Assembly: GCA_964608715.1 (NCBI GenBank) | Contig: CAZSPH010000002.1 | Coordinates: 6,545-51,240 of the forward strand | Direction: 5' to 3' | Length of the DNA stretch: 44,696 nucleotides | Origin: an uncultured Gemmatimonadaceae bacterium | GTDB taxonomy: Bacteria > Gemmatimonadota > Gemmatimonadetes > Gemmatimonadales > GWC2-71-9 | In this document: positions 20,611 through 27,427 of the stretch, one piece after another | Layout: each line of letters opens with the position of its first letter | How positions within the stretch are numbered: the stretch's first letter is position 1 | Notes under the pieces: model-generated | Databases searched by the model: none | Told to the model about the DNA's origin: nothing | Seen by the model: the letters and a program-made list of their open reading frames with translations, nothing else | Program-made: the position numbers and the translations under genes

Positions 20611-21071
20611 GAGTACTGCACGACTGGCTCGCCGCGCCGCTCGACGAACTGGTGCGCGAAACCGGTGCGCGCTTCGCACTGGTCACCGGCAGTTTCGGGC
20701 AGGTGATCGGACAGCACGGCTTCACCCGATCGCTCGACGTGATGGCTGCAGCATCGCTCGCGGCCGGCATCGTTGCCACCACGCGCGAAGTCGGCAGCAT
20801 GGTGGGATCCCCGGGAGGATTCGGAGCCATCGCTCATCAGGGCATCGGCCACGGCGTCTGGCTGGAACCCATCAGGTCGCCGCACGGTGACTGGATTCTC
20901 CTGGTCGCCTTCGGTGAGGAATCGACCGTCGGACTGGTCCGTCTCTTCTCGGAGCGATTCGTCCGGGCCATCTCGGCAGTGGGACCTCGTGGCGACAGCA
21001 GGGAACTCCTGGCCGAAGGGTTCGAGCGGGAACTGGACGCTTCTCTGCGTGCACTTTTCGAGGGCAACTGA
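20607..21071 (+). CDS. mglB: MglB-like Roadblock/LC7 protein (putative GTPase-activating partner)
   Basis: Aligns without large gaps to my recollection of M. xanthus MglB: FALVTGSFGQVIGQHG..LDVMAAASLAAGIVATTREVGSMVG...HQG..HGVWLEPI...ILLVAFGEESTVGLVRLFSERF...ELDASLRALF. Lies directly upstream of the MglA-like gene, as in mglBA. Confidence 0.75.
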   Translation: MRVLHDWLAAPLDELVRETGARFALVTGSFGQVIGQHGFTRSLDVMAAASLAAGIVATTREVGSMVGSPGGFGAIAHQGIGHGVWLEPIRSPHGDWILLVAFGEESTVGLVRLFSERFVRAISAVGPRGDSRELLAEGFERELDASLRALFEGN

Positions 21072-21072
21072 A

Positions 21073-21672
21073 GTGGCCCGGGTCGATCACGGAGAAGGGA
21101 AGCTCTCGGCGACGCTGCTGGTGGTCGGATGTCGGGCCAGTGGCCGCAGCATGATGATGGAGGCTGTCAGGCGGCGCGTCTCCGCGCACCGGATCGTCGG
21201 CGGTGGTTCCGGTGATGACGCACCATTCGACTGGCTGGTGCTGGATCTCGGTCGGGTGGGTGGCTGGCAGGTTGCCGTCCGGCTGGTTGCCGTGCCGTCG
21301 CTGGCCGCGCAGTCCGACGTGCGCCGGACGTTGATCGGCGAAGCGGATGGAATCGTTCTGATTGTCGACTCGCTCGCGGGCCGGATAGACGACAATCTCG
21401 AGACCATCCGGCAGCTCCAGGAGGATCTGATCGCCGGCGGCGTCGACCCGCGCGAGATCCCGCAGGTCTACCTCTATTCCAAGCAGGACCTTCCCGGGGA
21501 TCTGATACTGCCGGTGGAGGCGCTCGACGCGACGCTGAATTTCCGCAGCGTTCCGAGTCGCGGCGGCGATCTGCTCCGGGGTACCGGTGTGGTGGAATCG
21601 GTACAGCGACTCGTCTCCATGGTAATGGGCCGGCACGCGACGACTCCCTCCCCGGACGGGTCGCAATGCTGA
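21073..21672 (+). CDS. MglA-like Ras-superfamily small GTPase fold with degenerate G1/G2/G3/G4 motifs (probable pseudo-GTPase)
   Basis: Collinear with MglA: LLVVGCRASGRS (vs VYYGPGLCGKT), PFDWLVL (vs FFDFLPL), AVPSL (vs TVPGQ), GIVLIVDS (vs GVVFVADS), YSKQDLP (vs YNKRDLP). GTG 21073 lies 1 nt after the mglB-like stop. Confidence 0.7.
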   Translation: MARVDHGEGKLSATLLVVGCRASGRSMMMEAVRRRVSAHRIVGGGSGDDAPFDWLVLDLGRVGGWQVAVRLVAVPSLAAQSDVRRTLIGEADGIVLIVDSLAGRIDDNLETIRQLQEDLIAGGVDPREIPQVYLYSKQDLPGDLILPVEALDATLNFRSVPSRGGDLLRGTGVVESVQRLVSMVMGRHATTPSPDGSQC

Positions 21673-23621
21673 ATGCCCACGCCACCTTCGATGCCTTCGT
21701 GGTCGGTTCGTCCAACCGGCTCGCGGTCACCGCATCGAAGGCCGTCGCCGAATCCCCCGGTGCTGCCTACAATCCGCTCTTCATCTACGCCCGTCCGGGA
21801 CTCGGCAAGACTCATCTCCTGATGGCGATCGGCCACGAGGCCAGGCGCGTCGATCAGGGGCGCACGATCGAGTATGTGACGGTGGACGACTTCGTCGAGG
21901 CCTACCAGGCAGCTCTCGCTGCCGGACAGGCCGAAGCCTACCGCCGGCGCTTCATCGGGGCGGATCTGGTGCTGATAGATGACGCCCAGTTGCTTGCCGA
22001 TCGGCGCGAACTTCAGTCCGAGCTGCTCCGCCTGATCGATCAGCTCATGGCTGCCGATCGACAGATAGTACTCGCCGGCGACCGGCCGCCCGAGGAAATC
22101 CAGCAGCTCGATGAACGGCTGATCCGGCGTTTCGGCGGCGGTCTGGTGATCGACATCGCTGCTCCCGACTACGAGACCAGGCTTGCCATTCTCGGTCGGC
22201 GGGCACGCGACCGGCATATCGATCTTCCGGCCGAGACGCTGGCCATGGTTGCGGAACTGCCGATCGGGACCGTGCGTGAACTGATCGGAGCGCTCAACCG
22301 GCTGGCTGCGCAGCAGGCCGTGCAGACCGAACGACTCGAGGTCGGGCAGGCGCGTCGTCTGCTCGAGGCGCTCGGTCACCGGGTTCCCGAGCAGAATGCC
22401 GGGAAGGTGCGTGCTGAAGCAGTGGCAGTGCCCGAAGTGACAGTGGAGCGGGATGAGTTCGGCGATTTCCTGAGTGATCTCACCGCCTCGGTTGCCCGCA
22501 GAGTCGACAGCTGGCGCCAGCGCATAACCGAGGCCTCGCTCCGCTGGTCGGCGGAGGGATTCAGGACCGGGCGACTCGATGCCGCACTGAGTGGCGATCT
22601 TCCCGATGATCCCGAGGAGATCCTGCAGGGATTCGAGCGGGATGTCGCGGCGCTGCGCGGCCTGCAGCAGGAACTCGCGGTGGCGGCACCGGAGCTTCTC
22701 TCCGAGGCACTGCTGTACGATCCCGATCGCCTGGCCAATGCGATCGAACTGGTTGCGGATGCGCGTGAGGCCGGAGCACCACCTCCCGGGCCGTCGCCCC
22801 GGTATCATCTCGACAGCTTTTCGGTGGGCGCCTCCACCCGATCGGCAGTCGCGGCAATCCACGCTGCCGCCGCTGCACCCGGCAGTCGCTACAATCCGGT
22901 GGTTCTGGTCGGCAGGAGTGGCGAAGGAAAGACCCACCTCCTTCACGCCTTCGGCCTGGCACTGCAGGAGCAGGGCCTCCGCCGCGTTGCGGTGATGGAT
23001 GGACGGACCTTCGTGGCCGATCTGGTGACCGCACTGGGCGACGGTACGGTAACCAGATGGCGGCATCGGCTGCGCCGGGTCGATGCCCTGCTGATCGACG
23101 ATGTCGACTCCCTCGCAGGCAAGGATCGCAGCCAGGAGGAACTGTACCTCCTCTACAACATCCTGGTCGAGTCGGGACGTCAGATGGCCTTCACCTGTTC
23201 GGTGCCGCCGGCCCAGCAGGCAGGACTCGAACCTCGTCTGGCCACCAGACTGGGCGCTGGTCTGGTCGTTTCGCTGGGCCCCCCGGATCGCGAGGCGCGG
23301 ATCACCGAGGTCGAGCGGTTGCTGGGAGATGCTGCACTCGATCCCGAACTGGTCGACTACCTGGCAGGGCGGCCCGCTGCGTCGATCCGCGAACTGCAGC
23401 AGCTCGTCAACCGCGTTGCCGCTGCCGCCGATGAACGGGGACTCCCTCTCTCGCTTGCTGTGGCTCGCCGGATACTCGAAGGGGCCACCGTTGCGGATCA
23501 GAGACCGCCCCGTCGCGGCAGCGGACTGGTCGCTCCGGGTGGCGGAGCACTCAGATCACGTGAGAAGATGATCGAGACCTGGCCCACTCCATCCGAACGG
23601 CTGATCGGGGAGTGGCGCTGA
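21666..23621 (+). CDS. tandem double DnaA/Hda-type AAA+ ATPase, no DnaA domain I/II or domain IV
   Basis: Module 1 (aa ~5-235): FDAFVVGSSNRLA, Walker A RPGLGKTHL, Walker B LVLIDDAQ, RLIRRFGGGL, TVRELIGALNRL. Module 2 (aa ~390-610): LDSFSVGASTRSA, GRSGEGKTHL, ALLIDDVDSLAGKDRSQEEL, RLATRLGAGL, SIRELQQLVNRV. A ~150-aa linker separates them, and no HTH-like C-terminus is seen. Confidence 0.8.
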   Translation: MLNAHATFDAFVVGSSNRLAVTASKAVAESPGAAYNPLFIYARPGLGKTHLLMAIGHEARRVDQGRTIEYVTVDDFVEAYQAALAAGQAEAYRRRFIGADLVLIDDAQLLADRRELQSELLRLIDQLMAADRQIVLAGDRPPEEIQQLDERLIRRFGGGLVIDIAAPDYETRLAILGRRARDRHIDLPAETLAMVAELPIGTVRELIGALNRLAAQQAVQTERLEVGQARRLLEALGHRVPEQNAGKVRAEAVAVPEVTVERDEFGDFLSDLTASVARRVDSWRQRITEASLRWSAEGFRTGRLDAALSGDLPDDPEEILQGFERDVAALRGLQQELAVAAPELLSEALLYDPDRLANAIELVADAREAGAPPPGPSPRYHLDSFSVGASTRSAVAAIHAAAAAPGSRYNPVVLVGRSGEGKTHLLHAFGLALQEQGLRRVAVMDGRTFVADLVTALGDGTVTRWRHRLRRVDALLIDDVDSLAGKDRSQEELYLLYNILVESGRQMAFTCSVPPAQQAGLEPRLATRLGAGLVVSLGPPDREARITEVERLLGDAALDPELVDYLAGRPAASIRELQQLVNRVAAAADERGLPLSLAVARRILEGATVADQRPPRRGSGLVAPGGGALRSREKMIETWPTPSERLIGEWR

Positions 23622-25237
23622 TGGCGATCAAGGGATCACTCCGTGAAGCATCACTTGCCGATGTAGTCCAGCTTCTGTTCCTCGGTCGCCGTACCGGCTG
23701 TCTGGCGGTGGCGGGTGATCGCAATTTCGGATCGATCTGGTTCGACGACGGCTGGATCGTTTTCGCCGGACTCGTCTCCCGCCAGGATCGACTCGGTGAG
23801 CGTCTGGTGTCGGCAGGGCGGCTGAACCGCAGCCAGCTCGAACAGGCCATTGCCGCGCAGCAGGCCGTTCCCGGCCGCAAGCTTGGTGCAGTGCTCCGCC
23901 AGCTCGACCTTCTGACGTCGACCGAACTCGATGCCGAGATCACCAGGCAGGTCGAGGAGACGATCTTCACTCTCTTCACCTGGACCGCGGGGACGTTCTC
24001 GTTCGAAGCTGACGTTCTTCCGGACGACCCCGAAGTGACGGTGAGGCTGAACCCTGAGGGACTGCTCCTCGAAGGTGCACGACGGGTCGACGAATGGAGC
24101 GTCATCGCGAAGAAGATCCCTTCGCTCGATGCCGTGTTCGCAATCGAAGGAGACGAGCGCAAGACCGGCGAGGCGCTCGGTCTGGTCGAAATGGAGCTGG
24201 CAGTATTTCCGCTGATCGACGGTCGCCGCACCGCGCGCGAGATTCAGGAGATCTGCGGCCTCACCGAATTCGAGATCAGCAGGGTGCTGTACGGACTCCT
24301 GTCGGCGGGACGGATCAGGCGGACTGCCACGGTCTCCCGGCAACAGGTACCCGGGGACGAAACCCGTCTGGCCGAACATCGCAATCTCGGCATTGCGTTC
24401 TATCGCAGCGGGATGCTGGGTGAGGCCGAGCGAGAGTTCCGTCGGGTCGCAGAGATCAGACCTCAGGATGCCGAGGCTCACTATCATCTCGGTTGCATAG
24501 CAGTGCAGTCGGGCCGCGCCGAAGCTGCGATCGATTCCTTCGAGTCGGCAGTCGTCGCCGGCGGGAGGAAGCCGGTGGTACTGCATGACCTGGCACTGGC
24601 GCTGGAAGTAGCGGGGCGCCTCGACGACGCGGCAGTGGTGCTGGCTGAAGCTGCCGAAGCGGGTCGCGGCGACCATCGGATCTGGATGGACTGGGGCCTC
24701 CTGGCACTGAGACGCAATGAGAGCAGCATTGCGCTCGACCGGCTGGCCCGTGCCCGCGAACTGATCGGAGATGGCGCTGCACCTGCCCGCTGGTACTGGG
24801 GCTGCGCCTGGGCCCAGGCATTGGGGGAGGCGTGGACCGATGCCGTTGCCACTGCCCGCGAGGGAGTCGCCGCACATCCCGCTCACGCCGTGCTCAGGTC
24901 CACTCTCGGCGTGCTGCTGGAGGCCACCGGAGAAGTGGGCGAAGCGGAGGCGCAACTGCGACACGCGCTGGGCGAGGACCCCACCATTCCGCAGATCAGC
25001 AAGAATCTGGGTGACCTGTTCTATCGCGCGGCGCGCTGGGACGAGGCCGAAGAGTCCTATCAGCGGACGGCGGCGCTGGCCCCCGATCTCGGCGACGATC
25101 TCTACTTCCGGCTCGGCAATCTCGCCTGCCGCCGGGGGGACCTGGCTGCGGCCCGTTCACACTGGGAGCGGGCCCTCACGATCAATCCTGAGCACGCACT
25201 CGCGCGTGCCAACCTCGCCGGGGCGGGGGGGCAATGA
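23612..25237 (+). CDS. DUF4388/PATAN-type N-domain + winged-helix-like segment + multi-TPR protein
   Basis: IKGSLREASLADVVQLLFLGRRTGCLAV ... GTFSFEAD (DUF4388 pattern), VFPLIDGRRTAREIQEICGLTEFEISRVLYGLLSAGRI, then >=6 TPR-like repeats. An alternative ATG lies at 23621 (TGATG overlap). Confidence 0.75.
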   Translation: MALMAIKGSLREASLADVVQLLFLGRRTGCLAVAGDRNFGSIWFDDGWIVFAGLVSRQDRLGERLVSAGRLNRSQLEQAIAAQQAVPGRKLGAVLRQLDLLTSTELDAEITRQVEETIFTLFTWTAGTFSFEADVLPDDPEVTVRLNPEGLLLEGARRVDEWSVIAKKIPSLDAVFAIEGDERKTGEALGLVEMELAVFPLIDGRRTAREIQEICGLTEFEISRVLYGLLSAGRIRRTATVSRQQVPGDETRLAEHRNLGIAFYRSGMLGEAEREFRRVAEIRPQDAEAHYHLGCIAVQSGRAEAAIDSFESAVVAGGRKPVVLHDLALALEVAGRLDDAAVVLAEAAEAGRGDHRIWMDWGLLALRRNESSIALDRLARARELIGDGAAPARWYWGCAWAQALGEAWTDAVATAREGVAAHPAHAVLRSTLGVLLEATGEVGEAEAQLRHALGEDPTIPQISKNLGDLFYRAARWDEAEESYQRTAALAPDLGDDLYFRLGNLACRRGDLAAARSHWERALTINPEHALARANLAGAGGQ

Positions 25238-26073
25238 AGATCGGAATCGAGCGGTTCGTCGCCGAGCACCGTCGACTGGTGGATCGCCTGGCCGGTCCGC
25301 TGCCACCGGAGGAACGGCAGGCGGTACGGCAGGAGATCATCGCACTCTTCCGTTCCACCGAGCAGGCAATCGAAGAACTGACCGGGTTCAAGGAAACGAT
25401 CCGCGATCTGGTCGAACGGTTCAAGGCCCTGCCGGATGAAGCCGCTGCCACGGCTTCCGTGGTGCATGATCATCTCGGTGCATCCACGATGCTGGAGCAG
25501 GGCTGGAGTGCGCTGGCCCGCGGCGAGTGGTCGGAGGCCGAGCGGCTGCTGGAGCAGGCGTTGCGGCTCGATCCGCATGCTCCGAATACCGAGGCACTGC
25601 TGGGCTGGGCGCTGATGCATCAGGGCAGGGGAGACGATGCGCTGCAGCACTGTCTCAGTGTTCTGCTCCGGGACCCCGGGAACGGTCTGGCCCGCACCGC
25701 AGTGGGAGCGATCTGCCTGCAGAAGGGAATCGCGGGGGAGGCGATCGAGCACCTCACCAGGGTGGTCCGGCACGGCGGCGATCCCAGAGCCGGGTTGTAT
25801 GCCCAGTACTGGCTGGGTGTCGCCTATCTCGAGCGCGATATGCCGCGTGATGCCATCGATGCGCTGCAGCGCGCGGTGTCCTCCGGCCCCAACCTCGCCG
25901 AGGCCTGGGCGGAACTCGGACGGGCGCTCTGGCGTTCCGGTCTGCATGAAGAGGCACGAACCGCCTGGAATCGGGGCAGTGCCATCCGCTTCTCGCCCTT
26001 TGCCGAACGGTCACGCGAGCTGCTCCAGATGACCGAGGCCGGAAGGATACCGCCACGCTCGCCACTTTCCTGA
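25234..26073 (+). CDS. coiled-coil + TPR-repeat protein
   Basis: TPR-like repeats (EAERLLEQALRLDPHAPNTEALLGWALMHQGRGDDALQHCLSVLLRDPGN...). ATGA overlap with the upstream gene. Confidence 0.7.
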   Translation: MKIGIERFVAEHRRLVDRLAGPLPPEERQAVRQEIIALFRSTEQAIEELTGFKETIRDLVERFKALPDEAAATASVVHDHLGASTMLEQGWSALARGEWSEAERLLEQALRLDPHAPNTEALLGWALMHQGRGDDALQHCLSVLLRDPGNGLARTAVGAICLQKGIAGEAIEHLTRVVRHGGDPRAGLYAQYWLGVAYLERDMPRDAIDALQRAVSSGPNLAEAWAELGRALWRSGLHEEARTAWNRGSAIRFSPFAERSRELLQMTEAGRIPPRSPLS

Positions 26074-26126
26074 TCCTGCTCGCCCAGCTCGGTGGTCCTC
26101 CCACCGATCGTCCGGTTCCTTTCGAC

Positions 26127-27008
26127 GTGCAGGGAGTGGCAGTGGTTGCGCCGGAGAGATACCGGCAACTGGGTCGCTCGCTGGCCGAGATTGCCGCAGT
26201 GCCACGGGAGTGGACCGGCCTGGGGTGGACCGATCTGACTCCATTCACGCTGGTGATAGTTCCCGATGCCGCTGGAATGCAGCGCTGGTCCCGCGGCGCG
26301 CTCCCGGCATGGAGTGCCGGGGCGGCGTTGCCGGCGCGTCGGACGGTGGTGATCCGGGCTGATGCCGGCACGCCGTACCAGACGATGAGACACGAACTCG
26401 CTCATCTCGCTTTCCATTCCCGCATCGATCAGCGCGTTCCGCTGTGGTTCAGCGAGGGCTACGCCGTGCTGGCTGCCGGCGAGATGGGACGGCTGGCCTC
26501 TCTGCAGCTCAATCTGGCAGTCGCACTCGGCAGGGTGGGTTCACTCCGGACGGTGGACGCGGCGCTCAGGAGCGGGCCGAACGATGCCGCCGCCGCATAC
26601 GCGATGGCCGGGGCGGCGGTGGCTGAAGTGGCGAGAAGGAATCCCAGCGGGTCGCTGCTGCCCATTCTTTCCCGGATGGAGAGCGGCGAGTCGTTCCACG
26701 ACGCGCTGGTTGCCACTACCGGGTTCGATCCCGAGTCCTTCGACGAGGCCTGGGTACTGTCCACCAGGCGGAGCTACAGTCTTGGTCTCTGGCTGATTGC
26801 TGGCGGCGGGTGGCTGATTCTGGCACTGCTGCTGGGGGTCGGGGCCTCGCTCCGGAGGCGTCGCGACGTACCCCGCCGGCAGGCGCTGAACCATGGCTGG
26901 GACTTGCCGGCCGAAGAGCCGGAGGGGGAGTTCCCCGGGGCAGCCGGGCAGCCGCTCCCGACGGCTGAGCATGACGAAACACCCGCAGGCAGGATGACGG
27001 TTCGATGA
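26127..27008 (+). CDS. MA-clan (Peptidase_MA_2-like) zinc metallopeptidase with C-terminal TM anchor
   Basis: HELAH zinc motif followed by WFSEGYAVLAAGE (third-ligand Glu context), and a C-terminal TM LGLWLIAGGGWLILALLLGVGA followed by RRRRD. The start is uncertain. Confidence 0.7.
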   Translation: MQGVAVVAPERYRQLGRSLAEIAAVPREWTGLGWTDLTPFTLVIVPDAAGMQRWSRGALPAWSAGAALPARRTVVIRADAGTPYQTMRHELAHLAFHSRIDQRVPLWFSEGYAVLAAGEMGRLASLQLNLAVALGRVGSLRTVDAALRSGPNDAAAAYAMAGAAVAEVARRNPSGSLLPILSRMESGESFHDALVATTGFDPESFDEAWVLSTRRSYSLGLWLIAGGGWLILALLLGVGASLRRRRDVPRRQALNHGWDLPAEEPEGEFPGAAGQPLPTAEHDETPAGRMTVR

Positions 27009-27072
27009 CAACCCCACGCAGAGGGGCTGTTCAGCTTGACCGATGGCCATCGGGGCGCTAGCCTGTACTCCC

Positions 27073-27264
27073 ATGTCAGACTCAGTGCATAGCGCCTCCG
27101 GCCGTGACAACCTGCTGACCCGCAAGGGGATGGCTCTGCTCCTGGCCGGTATCGTCACCATCGGTCTCGGTTACGGCGTGCTGGCAAGCGGCGCGGCTGG
27201 CCCCGCAGCATTTCTGCTGGTGGTGGGCTACGTCGTGCTGGTGCCTGTCTCGCTTGTCGTCTAG
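27073..27264 (+). CDS. small two-TM membrane protein, unknown function
   Basis: 63-73 aa. Two hydrophobic helices (MALLLAGIVTIGLGYGVLA; AAFLLVVGYVVLVPVSLVV) separated by a short Gly/Ala-rich loop (SGAAGP). Alternative ATG at 27043. No homology call is possible by eye. Confidence 0.4.
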   Translation: MSDSVHSASGRDNLLTRKGMALLLAGIVTIGLGYGVLASGAAGPAAFLLVVGYVVLVPVSLVV

Positions 27265-27268
27265 TCCC

Positions 27269-27342
27269 GGGCGAATAGCTCAGCTGGTCAGAGCGCCTGC
27301 CTTACACGCAGGATGTCGGGGGTTCGAGTCCCTCTTCGCCCA
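27269..27342 (+). tRNA. tRNA-Val (anticodon TAC)
   Basis: Hand-folded cloverleaf: acceptor GGGCGAA/TTCGCCC, D-arm GCTC-AGCTGGTCA-GAGC, anticodon arm CCTGC-CTTACAC-GCAGG, T-arm GGGGG-TTCGAGT-CCCTC, discriminator A. No encoded CCA. Confidence 0.9.
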
Positions 27343-27427
27343 CTGGTGTGCCGAATTGGAATGAGGGAGTGCACGTGACGCTCCGTTCCCCGTCATAACA
27401 GGGGAGAACCGTTTTGGAGGTAACGAG

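Noticed and set aside
21500-23700. Possible replication origin or DnaA-box cluster near the DnaA-like gene
   Set aside because: I scanned for TTATCCACA-like 9-mers and AT-rich unwinding elements and found none. There is essentially no non-coding DNA here. Only loose TTATC-containing strings occur elsewhere (e.g. 6533, 15356, 40125).
25225-25231. G7 tracts (25225-25231 before the TPR gene start; 14345-14351 in rluD) as phase-variation switches
   Set aside because: Short G runs are expected at this GC content and they encode Gly runs. There is no evidence of length heterogeneity. The one at 25225 may simply serve as a Shine-Dalgarno-like element for the coupled downstream start.
21666-25237. 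Reading the AAA+ plus TPR genes as a STAND-NTPase/TPR anti-phage defence module
   Set aside because: The Walker A/B, box VII and sensor II contexts match DnaA/Hda specifically, not NACHT/NB-ARC. No nuclease or effector domain is present. The locus is embedded in core housekeeping genes with no mobility markers.
27343-27427. Possible ncRNA or terminator in the 85-nt gap after tRNA-Val (hairpins GGAGTG-N7-CGCTCC and CCCC-N9-GGGG followed by CCGTTTTGG)
   Set aside because: The stems are short and imperfect and the U-tract is weak. The region also has to hold the SD (GGAGG) for the next gene. There is not enough evidence to call a feature.
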